Shown here piece by piece: positions 1 to 14,370 of a DNA stretch of 64,000 nt (the first letter of the stretch is position 1; each line of letters starts with the position of its first letter). Origin of the DNA: Tubiluchus corallicola (Eukaryota > Animalia > Priapulida); the NCBI GenBank assembly GCA_030141605.1, contig JAQGDQ010000317.1:62001-126000 (forward strand), given 5' to 3'. The position numbers were made by a program, and so were the translations under genes. The notes below the pieces were generated by a model that saw only the letters and a program-made list of their open reading frames with translations, was not told where the DNA came from and searched no databases.

Positions 1-253
1 TATTCCAAATAAATGACAGATAAGTTTATTTCCTTTTCTAATTCAGTTGTGTTTATCTAATGAGTGTATCAGAATGACTTAAAACAGAATTTTTGAAACA
101 GGCTAACAATAACAGACTGCAAGCAGATACCAAATCACAATAATATCAGAGCTTTCAAAAAATGAAATTTTTTATAAACAAGACATGATAACAAGAGAAA
201 TAAATAAAAGTAGTGCGTTCATAGATTATAAATACCTTGGCATTTAAACACAC

Positions 254-3200
254 CAGGCAAGTTACTAAACTGTAACTGTTCCTCCCCAATGTAACACAAT
301 GTCAGCATCTTAAGAAGGTTCCTGGTAAGATATTTTCCTGTTAACATGGGACCTAACCTGTGTGATAGCCACAGGACACTATCTGTTGCAGCATGTGATA
401 TATTGTACTCAGTAACATGTGACCTAGACAATACAGATGAGTCGGCTTCAGCTTTTTCTACGTTAGATACTTCAAGTGCATTTTCGTCTTTCTGGGCGAT
501 ATCTGTGTTCAGTTCCACTTCAGTTTCATGATCAAATTCAAAAATTTCATCTGTTTGTATGTCATCGAGTGGCACAGCAGCAACAACTTCTTCCGTAGGT
601 GCTTCTTCATCAGTTTCAATACTTTCGTGATCATGCTCACGGTCTGCATCACTTTCAATGGCACCATCCAGCTGTGGGACTGAAAAACACACAGCATCAT
701 CAACATTCATTGTTCCTGACTCTAAATTATCTTTATTATCACTTATGGCAGCATTACAGCATTCAGCAGCATCTACAGTGACGTCCTCTCCAGCTGATGG
801 CACAACGATATCATCTGCCTTTTCAGGACTTGTTTCTCTTAAAATTTTTTTAATATGTTCACTTTCACCAACTTCAGGAATCTGATCGGCGATGTTCATG
901 ACTTCGTGTTGCTTTTCTCCACCCACTTCTTCTGTTCCTACTAATTTCTCAACAGGTTTTAAATGAGCAGGAGCTGGTCGCCGCAAAGTACCGGCCGGCG
1001 TTCCCATTTGTTCCATAGGGTCATAGTCTTTATAGCTGCTGACAGCTTCCACTATGAGAGTACTAAAATTGCTAAGAAATGTTTGTAAACCAAGTCGAAC
1101 AATGAGTTTAAGTAGAAATGTTTGGTGGTAAAATTTTACATGCTTAGCCGTTGTATCTTCAGTATTGTACAAGCGTATTAGGAATGGTAATAACTGCCTA
1201 GCAGTGTCTTGTGGCCCGAGTATCTCACCAACTGGGTTAAACATCAACCAAATAGCACCAACAGATGTGCTTGATTGTCCCATCAAAAGAGTTATAAGAG
1301 GCATAAGAAATGCAATGCCCTCTTCATCTAGCTGTGGCAGTAATTTGACAATGCGTGTACAAGTATTTCTAGCATCATCTGGTAATATTTGGAAATTCAT
1401 CTGCTTAAATGCATTGTAGTCATGCATGACGCTGTACAACTCATCAAAATACTTGGGAAAAGGGAACACAGCAAACACTGGATGCAGTAAGTGAGCTGGA
1501 GTAGGAGGTGGAAGGCCTCGTGAGCTCACTGGCTCATATTCAAACACAAGACTAGCTTCACCAGGCTCATCATCAACTTGTTTTTCACTGTTTTTAGAAA
1601 GCTGTAACAAAGTATCTAAGCCTTCTCGAATAAACCTGGAAAAACAGAACATGAGTAGGCTAAATCAACTGTTTCTACCTAATTACTTTTAGCAGATTTT
1701 CTCTGGCTACCTGTCACTGTTCTCTGAAAACAACATGAAACAAGAAAATTAAAGAAGCAAAACTCATACTATACTAACTTAATTTCAAAGGAATAAATTA
1801 ACATTGTTACCAAGTGTTACCAATAGTTACCACTGTAGTTGGTAAAACACTTACCTAGGGAAGATAGAATGATCCATGTGATAATGATTTTTAATGATAG
1901 AATGCCGGTCTGCCAAATTTGGTTTTTCACCAGCTGACTTTGGTTTCGCACCAAGAAATAGTTCAGCAATTAAGCAGCCTAAAGATTGCATATCTCGCAA
2001 TTTTTCTTTGTCACTGCACCACCAAGTGGCAGCACGTGCCTGCAACAGAAATCAATTTTCAAAACTACGTGTTGATTTAAAAGGCATAACTACTAATAAA
2101 ACACGTAAAAATGATCCTTAGTTCTGCCTAAAAAAGCAACGGAAGTTTTACTGCAGTCTAAAGGGACTAGGGCAACAAGTTAACAGCCACACTGTATTTC
2201 TTTATATTTGATAAAATTATCATGAAATAGTTTACAAATAAAAGTATGCATGTGAATTGACAGAGAGTATCAACAGACGAAAGCAGCAGTTATACAAATT
2301 TTGTATGCTTGTTCAAAATCAGAAGAGAAGTTATGAAAGATTTATTAAATGTTTCAAATAATTAAGCAAAATTATCTGTTATACATTGTCAGGCTGAGAA
2401 ACATGTCCAGGCTGAAGATGAATCATTTTTGCATCGACATCCAATTTCGTCAAAAATGCACACTTTTTCTCTATTTCTTCTAGTTCTTGCAGCGGATTGG
2501 CAATGACTGGAACTGTCAAAACTGCATCAGACTCAGCGATTTCAACAAAATCCCAGGAACTTCCGTTGTTAACTTTTGATTCGGTCAACTCACTTGCTGA
2601 ACTCGTTACTCGGGATTGTTCATTCACAGTTTCCATGTGTTTTGCAGATATTAGGCTGTCCTCAGCTGAATCCAGTTCTTGCTGCAAAACAAATTACAAA
2701 ACCATTTTATAAAACAAAAGTTTGACTTAGTCAACTACATTTAACTTGCACCTCTGTGACTGAAAAACTGCTACTATTAAGTGAAATGTTAAGTGACTAT
2801 ATACACATACACATGCTGAGAAGCCACTGAAGCGATTAATATGAGTTAACAAAAAGTTAGAATTAGCCAAACTCAACAGACCAGACTGCATTTTGCTAAA
2901 TTAAATTGGAATGTTACTAAGATTCACATTTACAGGTACAGTTGTCTGTAGACATTAAACCAAGCATAGAAAATTCAAGAAAGAAAATAAACCACATTAC
3001 CTGTAACCAAAAAGAAACAGGTGGTTCATCAATAAACTTTTGTGGGTGTGGTTCTGTGAATAACTGCACAATGCCACAATTTCTCAGACTTGTGTCTTGC
3101 TGCACAAGATGCAGACAAACGTTCTTAGATTTGACTGCAGCCACACCTGTTAACTAGAAACAATTTTTATTATTTAGACTTGAGATTGTTACAGTCTGCA

Positions 3201-6200
3201 AAACTCAGATATGATAACGAACGTATCAAAAACCGTTAATTTTTATATACCTGCACATACTTATAGACTCTATAACTGAAAGGACTTCTCAAAATCCACT
3301 GAAAGAACTAACCATTCTTCTTAGCTCAACAAATTCATCTAGAGGTGCTTCAGTCTTTGTTTGCAGATTAGGAATTAGTCCGACCAGGTCAGTGTAAAAA
3401 TTGCCTCCCCACCCCTAGATTGGCCACATGATTTAAAATAAAAGCCTATAAACTACATCTATTTTTTATTCTATAAAAAAAGGAAAGAAAAACTTACTGT
3501 GAATCGTATTGCTAATATACAGAAACCACTAACATCATGACTATAACAATCAAGACCAAGAACAAAATTAAAACCAGAATAATGGGCCTAGAGGCGATCA
3601 CTGCTTAGAAAGTATTGCAAAAGATCAGATTTCTCCACATAAAACTTAATATAGCCTTACTTTGTAGCCGAAAACCAAATCAATCCAATAGTGCAACTTT
3701 CGAGAAACACTTTCACTCTCCAAAGCTGCTCTGTGATGACGAATAAAATCTTCAACTCCTGTGCACCAAGATGGCACATCCAGATCGGGAAGATCATCAT
3801 GTATGGAACTGAATATATTGGGGTCAGTGAAAAACTCCGGAATGCATTCATCCGGCGTCCACTCAAAAATGCGCTGTAAACTTGCTGGGTACTCATGAGG
3901 CACCCATTTGGTACGGACATGCCTAAAAATGAGATACATTTGTATTACAATAGCTTGACAGGTTCTCTGCTATTATTAAAAGACTGCGTATTAATACCAG
4001 AGTTTTAGCTGGCTATTAACCAATTTTAACTTACTTGCACAACAAATCAACTGAAGTCTGACGAGCTTTGTACATATAATAAGTAATATCAGACAGAAAA
4101 TCAGTGATGTGGTGAGGCAGAGTGGAAATTGCCTGATCTGTGTAACCTATAGCCAACTGAGTATGCATTAAACTCTCATACGTGAGATCCAACTGTCTAT
4201 CACCTAAAAAACAACGATAGAATTATTCAAAACTTGTACTATTGATATCATATAATCTGCAGAGCAAAATCATGCATTGGCAAACTTTTTATCAATTTTT
4301 TATAAAAACTGATAAGCAAAGAACAATCTAGTAAGAATAAAATGTTAATAATGATGTTTTGTAAATTCTCATAGCTCATGCACTATTTTTAGTCTTTGTC
4401 AATATCTACCAGTCTCTATACCCTCTTGCTCTGATGTACTATGTACAGCATTTACTATAATGCCTACCAGATGCCTGACCTGATGTGTTCAAAAAGAATC
4501 TTCATTGACTGGCTGCAAACTAATGCAGCTGATTTCGCCATCACAATACTAATCTGCCTACGATAATATATGACTATACTATACTATAATGTATGTGAAC
4601 ATTAAAAATCCTGAAACCGTTAAAGGTGTGTAGCCATGCCGCACTTGATGCCTTACCTAATACCAAATGCCATAACATATACATATATATACAATTTCTC
4701 TCAAATAGTGCTTAACTACTATCTAAACCTTGTATATACCTTTATTTAATCGATATTTGGTTTTGCTTAGATCTCTCCATCCTCCGTCAGCTGAGGTGAA
4801 ATCAATCACCCACGGCAACACCGGATGCAGATTTGGATCTCCCATTCGCCGTCCAGCAAGACTATTCAAGCTCATTAAGTAATCAAAATTTGTAATTTTG
4901 CCAGACTCCCACTTCTGCGTGAGCTCGGGTAGTGGAATGTTAATCAAATTTATATCTGTGCTACACTGTGTCTCAGTTTTTGGTTTTACTACTACTCTTG
5001 GATTAGAGAACAACTTTGGTATTTTGACCTGTACGCACATGCTAGGAGAGAGTGACACATCGTGTGCACACAAATCGCCAACTGTAAAACCACCAGCATG
5101 ACAAGACTGAAGCAGTCGAAGAAGTTGAAAAATCACAAATAAAGCTTTTGCACTCGACGATGAAAACATCGATGGAGAAAATAAGATCGCATCATGAAGT
5201 GTAAATTCAGTATATGGATAAACAACACAAAGCATAGATGGCGTTTTAACTACAAAAACTGGCTGCAGGATCACAGAATGGTTATGTTTTGTAGGGACGT
5301 AAATTGCATAGTTCACTGCTAAGTTTGACTTGACTGGTGTAACACCATACAAGTGCGAAATTGCCTCTACCAAAAATTCTTCATGAGTCTGCAAAGTAAG
5401 TTGAAAAATAAATCAAAATCCACAAAACAAATTCCTGTATAGTGAGAAAAAAGGCTAATCTCTTTGTATTCTAACAACAGGTGCTTTGATGTGTTTAGCC
5501 AGCCTTTTCTATTGTTTAATATGATTTGCTAACACGCACGCACGCACGCACGCACACACACACAAAAACAAATTCTCCATAAACACAGCAGTGCATACTG
5601 ACAGAAAAAAGCATGTAACGCCTTTAACCAGGAGTTAACTTAAAAGCTACAGGAAAGGAACAAGAGCAAAAAAATTTAGTGGCACGTTGCGTGCCAGAGA
5701 TCAAACTGTGTAGGATGAGTGCATCAAGCTGGATTATAGCCGATTTGCTATGCTGACTTGGAAATGTAATGCAAAGTAATGGACTGACAAAATAATAAAT
5801 AAAAGGAACAACTTTTACTAAACTTTAACATAGAAAATGCTAAAATTAATAACAATTTATGAAAAAAAATAGTAGAAATTGTTTTTTTCAATAATGTGAG
5901 TGCCTGCATAAATTGACTTAGATAAAAGGAATCTTAAGAAAGGACAGAAACAATTCTTTTCATCTCAAGATGTCTTTTTCTTTATAAAGATGACAGTAGT
6001 AACAATTTAGCTTCACTTACAAAGTAAACTGTACCAGTTTGTAATTCACATGTAACTTAAACAAATGTAATATTTTAAAATACCAAGCAAAACTAGTAAA
6101 AACAACTTTACTACAATAAATAAAACTTATGAATGAAAAATCTGTTAAACTTTTGCCAGAAATATACCAACCCTGACTGTAGTTTTAGTATGTGCTTTAC

Positions 6201-7176
6201 GACCATATTTACGATTGGCTGCTTCGCACAAGTTAATTCGATTTTGTTTGTTCACGTAAGCCATCACAGAAGAGTAGTCTTCACTGAGTCCATTAATCAT
6301 ACGACTGCTTGTTGGAATGTGACTGCCGAGAAAAAACAAGATTTTGTTTTTAAAAACAATTAAGTTACACACACTGCTTTTAAAACGACAGTGAGCCACA
6401 CGTTAAAAAAACAGACAGTTGCAATAAACAAGATGATCTCAGTAATATTACTTGTACCGTATTATCATTCATGCACTATGAGAGAAGCATAACTAAAAAT
6501 TTACATTATAACTGCTTTGTTAGTGATGCATACCATTTCCTTGTGCAGAATATATAAATGATGCACAATTTCCAAATTCAGCCAAAATAATTCAGAAGCT
6601 ACTGCATCTTTTAAACACACAGCTGCTTGGGGTCGCAAAAGTTTGCTCCAATGCCAGTGAGTGCAAGACAACTTACCCAGTTGTCAACAAATTAATACCG
6701 CTTTTTAATTTTTTTATACATAAATGTACAGTCCAGTGTTGCATCTATTACTGCCATAATTTATTAGACAAAATTGTTGCAAATTTTGCAAAATCACAAA
6801 GTGCTGTGATAGTATCAAGAGCAGTGATCACTTGAAAAATAAGATGTCAATTAACTAAATACAGACATGATGCCAATCTTGTAAGGTCCTCAAATCAATC
6901 GCTGTAGCTAAATAATGAATATTTTTCTGTTCCTTTTCTTGATCTGATTGTCAACAAAATTAACAGGCCCTGACAAAATAAGGAAAATGTACAAACTTAC
7001 AGTATGATGAAACCTTCATGGATAGAAGTCATCTGAAAAGTAAGACGAAGCCATGGGGATGCTGGTGGGGGAGTGGATGGATACAAATGTTCCATACATT
7101 GATCAGCCTCTGGCATGAAATGATGCTCTGGAACTTTGCCAGTGGAGCATATTTCGTCAACCCATTCTCTATGAAC
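254..7176 (-). CDS. WDR81: WD repeat-containing protein 81 (BEACH domain), partial; first coding exon not found and 3' part (WD40) outside the window
   Basis: Phase-compatible GT-AG exons 7176-7001, 6322-6172, 5388-4740, 4203-4035, 3922-3661, 3153-3001, 2681-2385, 2039-1855, 1635-~254. Peptides match WDR81: [124 protein letters not shown]. Confidence 0.93.
5533..5564. repeat. (CACG)n/(CA)n microsatellite
   Basis: cacgcacgcacgcacgcacgcacacacacaca in a WDR81 intron. Confidence 0.9.
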
Positions 7177-9559
7177 CTAAATAGGTAACATATATGTGAA
7201 CTTGCTAGGATCCACACATCCAAAGTGTCAAAAACAAACACATCCGTTTATGGTTTTATAAATATTTTTAAAATGATATGTTTAGAAAAATTTGCAGTTA
7301 CAAAATAGCTTTAGCTATACAACTTAGACAACTTCAAAAAGTCTTAAAAGCAAGAAAAGCAACAGTCCTGGTCTTATAAAGATGAATTATAATAAATGCT
7401 GACATCTTCAATTTATTTTCAAGACATGAATGAAAAACCAAAATTTTCCTACATATTGTTAAGTCCACTAGAAATTGTTCTCTACATGTATATTACTAAA
7501 AAGAACTCACATCACATATTATCGAAAAAAATCTTTACTCTAGAATGATGTACATATGCTGCAGCTATGACCTTGTGAGAGTAAGAAGATTTTATATTTG
7601 GGAAAAAAAACAAAAGCGCCTATAATAGTCTCCTTCTGTTTGGCTTGACTGACGTCATAGAAATAGCATGGTCACATATTTGTATGATAACAAATATTGT
7701 GTATGACGAGTGCTCAACACTAGTCTTAATAACTTACACGGATTCATAGAGATATTTAATTTAAGTTTAACAATGCTGTATTCTTCATTTCTGGAAATTC
7801 CCAGAAACATGCTAATTTTTTATGGTTTCACAGCCAAATATTTTGGATAGACAAGAAAATCCCTTAAGCTTTGGGAACTGCAAAAATAACCGATTTGTGA
7901 CAACTAGTAGCTTTCTATTCCTTTCCCACATAAGTAATTCGGCAGGAAAACCTGCAAATTCAGTCAATTCTCTGCAGTGCTTTTGCAGTGAACATTATGA
8001 GTGGCAATTTTTGGAGAACTTTTGATCTTGATCATGATATGAGGTTTTCTCATACTTATTGAGTATACTTCATTGATGTCTATTACAAAAAAAGATAAAT
8101 ATATTGTAGGTTGATGACCTTGACCTCAGATAATATGTGACCTGGTGCAACATTCTCTATGTCTTGTATTCTCATCCATTAACCAAAAAATAACTCAGCA
8201 ACTCACTGCTACACTGTAAAATGTGTGCTCATTTACAAAAATGATTTTTTAAAGAACGACAATGGCAACAATAGCAACAACAACAACCTAGCAAAGCACA
8301 GTAAAGTGCAAAACAACACTTAAATGTCAGCGAACATTAATTTCCAGAAAAACAAGTTTAGCGTGCAAGAAAGAAAAACTGCAAAAAACACAAATGATAC
8401 CTACAAGAAATATAGCTTCTGCAGATGAAGTAGTTTGAAACTGGTGACATTTAAGTTTCAAAATTTCAATGATATTATCCATTATGTTTAGTTATACATG
8501 CACATGAATTTCTAAATTTGTCATTCTTGGACTTTTTCTGCACCATTTCTTTCTTCTCAAGTAATTCTGCAAAAACACAAGGTGATATAAGTAACAGAAA
8601 TGCTACGAAATCACCTGAATCTATTTTGTAAGAAACATAAAAATCATTAAAGTCATTAGTTAAAGTCATTAACATAAGCATATAAATAGCAGATGTAAAG
8701 CAATGATCCTTATATTTTAATCTTTTCAAGGATTCCTCTTCATCCATTAAGCTACTGTGTTCCTCTATCTCCAAAATAAAATTTGCAGTAATATTTCTTC
8801 TTTCTGCATAGACAGACAAGCTTAGACAAGTCTTGCAATTCCTATTTCATACTGTTCCCATCTGGTACCAGAGTAATTACCCGCTTTGTTATTACCCGAG
8901 CTAATATTTTTACCTGGTTCAAACAATGAAAATGCTGACATTATTAAATTTTGTAATACGATATACATTGTTAGAAAAGAGAATTTAAGATTTAAATGCC
9001 ACCTTCTGTTATACACTTCTATGGTAGGTACCTACAATCAGACTATTAACTGCTGCGTTGGCAAAGTGCCAGGACAACAGCCAGTAGAGAAATGGCAGAT
9101 CGAGTCTTGCTCATGGGTGACTTACAAAAAACTGTGATTTTTACCAAGGGATTAATTACCCAAATGAAATTGTTTATTAACCTTTAAAACCTATACCAGG
9201 CCACGAACAAAGATACAAATAAATGGACTGTTAAGTTTAACACCACACAAAAAGGATAATACAGATTATTTTATTCCCCTAATACCTATGCTGTATTAAT
9301 AGTGCTTAGTGTGATACTACCTATGCTGATATTGCTGACTCATTCATAAAGTCTGCAACTAAGTAATTGAAAAGTATGGCAGATAAAAAACCCATCAAAT
9401 GCCTTGTGGGGAAAACACTAACTTTTGCGACTAACAGTTCGTTTGTTCTGGCTCTCAAAGCATAATGAATGCTTGTTGTTAACATAATAGTGCAGTCATC
9501 TGAAATTCCTTCCCAAATAACCATACCTTCTTTTATTTTCATAAAAAGGATTGTATAGT

Positions 9560-10900
9560 AAAATATGATGTAAACATGATATAAGTCCAAACCACGCTTA
9601 CAAAGTCTATCACGTTCAGCTATCTTCCATCTAAATAATGGATTTCTATTAATTTCCAATGCACCAATTCTTGCTCTCACCAGCAACTCCGCCATATATA
9701 CATATCGTTCACTCAGTTTTCAAACCTTGTGGTTTGTTGTGCAAAAACATATTACGAGTAGAAAATACTTCCAGTTAATCCTACCATAGTTGTAAACCTT
9801 TTTCCCTCATCTTTTTTAAATTAACTGATTTCAACCTTTTTCACAAAAAATTAAGTCAGCTATTTTCTTCAACTCATCCCATGAAAGTTCTCCAAGCACC
9901 AAAATGTTTCCAAAGACTTCAAAGTAATTATAAAAAAATTACTCATCTAACTCACTTAGACCCTATCCTGCTACACACTGCAAAGCATATTACCCTTTCA
10001 ACCAGTCTATCCTTGTATATCCAAATAAATATAATTGTATTCAAGCTTCACTCTCTCTCTTCAAATGATGAAAAACCAACCTCTCTTCTCACAGCAGCTC
10101 CAATATACACTTTTGTTTTCCATATCCATCTTGCAAATTCATCCTGCATACTTTCACCTCTTTCTGACAAAATATCCTACCAACACAACCAAACATTGTC
10201 TTAGGTACAATTACAGACTTCCATTCAACTCTCCCTAGTTCTCTTCTTGAATCTGAAGACATAGCCGTATATTTCAATGCACCAATTCCTCAAATCTGGA
10301 GTCCTCTCTTTCCAACCATTTTCATTTCCACTTTCTTTAAGTAGCACACCTAAATATTTTCTTTACATGGACACCTTCACATGACAACCACTTAAGTGAT
10401 CTAACATAAACCTCTCACCTTAGTCACCATTGGAAACCTCATCACTTGCTAACAATACAGATATGCACCTAATTGCACTGAAACCCATTCCGTACTGAGC
10501 ACAAACACCTTCAGCTAACAACAGTAAGCTACTATGGCTTGCCGCTCATCTGCAAATAGAATAAGATCATCACCGAAAGCTAAAACGTACCCAACCTCTC
10601 CTACATTTGACATAATGCACTTCAGTTAACCCGATCACATGCTTTCTACAGATCTAGTAGAACCGCACACACATTTTTGTTTTGAGCTTTAGAAATTATG
10701 ACCCAATTATCTTCTAATCTTCTATACGAATAAAACCCATTTTGCACATCAGCAACCACATTCTCGTCTTCTATTGCACTCACTAGACTATCTTTGAAAA
10801 TCCTTGATAGAAGTTTGCCCATTACCGATATTATTGTAATTGACCTATAACTATAACTTTATAATGTCATAAGTAAATCACTCTTCCACAAACAAGGAAC
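9560..10900 (-). mobile_element. Highly decayed non-LTR retrotransposon (LINE) RT remnant
   Basis: Minus-strand peptides in RT order: YRSITIISVMGK (~10850), VLAFGDDLILFADE (~10590, YADD-like), KYLGV (~10350), AELLVRARIGALEIN...DRLCK (~9695-9600). Many stops and frameshifts. Confidence 0.7.
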
Positions 10901-11150
10901 AAGTAAAAGTACTCTTCCATGAAAAAGTTAGTTGCTAACCGTCGTGCCCATTACGCCTGTTGCCAATGAGCACGCACAATTTTAAAATAAAAGAAATCTG
11001 TCCTCAAGTTACACAGCAGTAATTCAGCAAAAGATTAAACAATGCTATGCCAGTTCCATTGGCTTCTTAACCACATCTTCCGGCCAATAACAACATAACG
11101 ATACGGGAAACCTTTGGTTGAGTGACCATGTTTTCAAAGTATACAAATTT

Positions 11151-13199
11151 AAAGTAAAGAAAGTTGCTGCGCAGCAGTTCGCGCAGTTAGTGTCGCCCTA
11201 GCGGCACAGCAGTACGGACTGTTGTCAATTACAATACAGCGCAAGCTGTGTGTACTGTAGCAGATGAATTGATGAGACTACCAAAACAAGGCCGGTTAGC
11301 AGGCGCTCATAAATTGCTCAGTAGTGAGTTGCGAAAACACAACTAAAATATCTTTTTAAATTTGCAAGGATGAAGCCAGGTAATTATAATAAAATGTTAA
11401 TTATAACACAGTTTTGTAACTTTTGTTAAAAGTTAAATATTTTGTACACTAAGCAAAGACTGCAAAGCCTACATCTCTCTTTGGCGATTTATAGCAGCCG
11501 TTATATTTTTGAATAATATTTAAAGCAAGCATAAGGCATTAAGAATAATTAGTAGTTAAAATAAAAACTATTATAATCATATCTCATGAAAATTAATAGG
11601 CTTATTTACAAAAGAAGTTAAGAAAGTTGATCATATTGAAAGTTTGCAAATACCTGGCTTCTGTAGTATTCTATTTCTGGAGAAATATTTGTTCCAAACA
11701 GCATTCCTATCTAATATGTTCTTATCAGGAAATATAACTTGAAGAAATATTAGGCCTGGCTTCATGTCTAATACCTTTCATAGAAAAAAATTGATTATTT
11801 CAGAAGAGCAATTAATTTTTCCAGAACAAAACTTAATCTAAGCATCTACATGTTTTGTTAATTCCAAGTTAAAAGAAGTTTAAAAAGCATATAATCATAC
11901 ATTGGCCTTTGTTATGAGGAGTTGGTTATAAAATCACGTCGAACAAACGGAGATGCACTTATCACATTACTCCTCTTTTTTACTATCAGTGAACAAAAAA
12001 TAACAAAACAAAACATCAGAGCTGTCATCCTAAGCGGCCAGCATTACTTCCACCTCTATAACAACCAACTAACTAGATCAAAATCAAGTTACGGAATTCA
12101 GCTGAGAAGCCAACCTGGAGCATAAATTAGAATCGGCAGGCGTGTCATAACACTTTATATATCATGTATAGAGGTCACTTATATTTAGCCTAATTTTTAA
12201 AATTCAGTTAGGCTTACGTCAAATTAAGTGTTCGTTAAATACAGTTTGTTTATGTGTAAAAAATGTTCTTATATAAGCGTACTAATAAAACACCTGTGGA
12301 TAAAACCACTAACAAGTCTTAATAATTATTATTTATTGATGACCTTAAATTAAGGCCTAGGTGCTAAGGGCAATCACTTTATATCGTTAAATATATAGGC
12401 TCAGCTTCATAGAATCTTTGTATGTAATAATGCATACATCATACATGTATGTGAATCTGTGTGCATGGGTGTATCAAGATGTTACGATGCCCTAGGCTGG
12501 TAGTTCACTCCTACTTATATTTACTACTGTAATGCAAACCTACAATATAATATATATATATGTAACCATATAGATTAATTGCAGGGCATGTAAATGGGTA
12601 CAATTTTTAATGTGCCAAATTCGCTACCTCGCATTGGAGTAAAATGACCAAGAAACAAATGGCAGAAGCTTCAACAAAAGGAAAAGAAGGATCTCTCTCT
12701 CTCTCTCCCTCTCTGTCTCTCTCTTTCTTTCTCTTTCCCACCCTTTCACTGTTTCTCTTCCTCTCCCTCTCTCTTTCTCTCTAAGAGAGGGAGAGAGAGA
12801 GAAAAATCAATAAATCAATTACTTTTCTTCATGGTAGGCAGCCCATCATGCGGTCAGCTAGCCTCTTTCCTCAGGAAGAACAATAAAATTTTACTTACAA
12901 GAAAACTGAAGAAATATTTGCAAGTACATAATACAAACTTATTGCTACAATTTTTTCCTTTCCATTAAATGTTTTCAGTTTTTAAACTAATAATTGCTTT
13001 TAATTGAGTTATTCTTCTTTTATTAAAAACGCAAAAGTGATTTTGGCTTATCGAAATTGAACTTGAGATATTATTACTACAGTCAATGCGCCGCTCTATT
13101 TTTTTTAATTATCTGCCGTTTGATTGCGCCAGCATAGCCGCTAATCGCAAAAACGAAATACGCAACAATAAAATTTCGTTCTTCCTTTTTTACACTTTG
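11151..13199 (+). repeat. Long non-coding interspersed element, copy A (inverted relative to copy B), with internal CT-rich microsatellite
   Basis: Colinear reverse-complement match to 18876-21678, e.g. 11177 gttcgcgcagttagtgtcgccctagcggca vs 21622 tgccgctagggcgacactaactgcgcgaac, and 13012 aaaaacgcaaaagtgattttggcttatc region vs 19039 gataagccaaaatcacttttgcgtttt. CT tract at ~12692-12782. Confidence 0.92.
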
Positions 13200-13569
13200 A
13201 TGTTATAGTTGTTAGTACAGAAATAATCTATGGTTTATACTCCTGGCTAAATGATTTGCAAAATAACACAGCAACATTGAAGTTGTTATCAACTATTGCA
13301 CTTAAAAATCAAAATGGTGAGTAAAACGAATTAAACGTTAAAGTTAAACATTGTAAAAGTAAAATTGTGTTACAAGAAACCTATTATAAATGATTTCTGA
13401 TGTCTAATGTGTGTGACATGCAAGATACTACACGACGTTAATTTTGTTTTTGTATCAGGGATATATACTTCAGATGTTTCAATTTTATGTTGTTATAACA
13501 TAAATTACTATAAGTGATAATAGTGAATTGAAGGCTGTTAGATAAATGAAATTACAAACTGTAAAGTTA

Positions 13570-14370
13570 AAAATCATTTTCAACCTAACAAGTTAACACA
13601 AAATGGTAATGAGTACAATAACCATAAGGATATAAGTGGAATATTAAATCAGTTTTTTAGTAACATAGGCAGCAAAATGGCGAGAAAGATACCATACACT
13701 GAAGTAAAATTTGATTCTTTTTTGAAGAACCCAGTAAATAGTACATTTTTTATGTACCCTATATTAGAAAATGAAACATATGCAGAAATCAATAACTTAA
13801 ACATTAATAAATCTGCAGGTCCAGAGAATATTCCAATTTATTTTTATAAACTAGCTGTCAGCATTATTACACCATACTCAACGACACTTTATAATAAATC
13901 GATTACTAGTTAAAACTAGCAACATTTTAAAATTAGCAAAAATAATTCCAATTGTAAGTCTGAATCACCCGAAAATCCCACTAACTATAGACTTATTTCT
14001 TTACTTTTACTGGTTGCCAAAATATTTGAAAAACTCATCTTTATCCAGCTTGACAAATTCATTTCAACAAATAAAATACTATCACAACACCAATTTGGTT
14101 TCAGGAAAAAGCAGCACTCTACTGCCTTAGCTGTATCTGAACTAACCGATAGAATTCTCAGTAATATCGACAAAAACGTATTTGTGTGTGGCATTTTCCT
14201 AGATCTGTCCAAGGCTTTTGACACTGTACAACATAATATATTACTGCAAAAAATGAAACATTATGGTATGAGAGAACTATCCCAAAATTTCTTTGCATCT
14301 TACTTGCAAAACAGACAACAGTACACTTCCATTGGAGATAGTAACTCGAATCTAACTACTATAACATCAT
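13570..14370 (+). mobile_element. Truncated LINE reverse transcriptase fragment (CR1/L2-like group)
   Basis: KSAGPENIP, NYRLISLL, QFGFRK, GIFLDLSKAFDTVQH, SYLQNRQQ. Interrupted by a stop and frameshift, and ends before the PQG/YADD motifs. Confidence 0.88.

Noticed and set aside
346-1419. Short ORFs antisense to the WDR81 exon (similar ones over SPHK, NEK2 and GMC)
   Set aside because: Shadow ORFs of real coding sequence.
8475-9016. Two adjacent minus-strand ORFs separated by a stop
   Set aside because: No recognisable motif or usable splice phase with WDR81; possibly a decayed TE.
11186-11206. CTCF-like motif gtgtcgccctagcggca at the GC-rich end of copies A and B
   Set aside because: Deviates from the core consensus at key positions; cannot be supported without a PWM scan.
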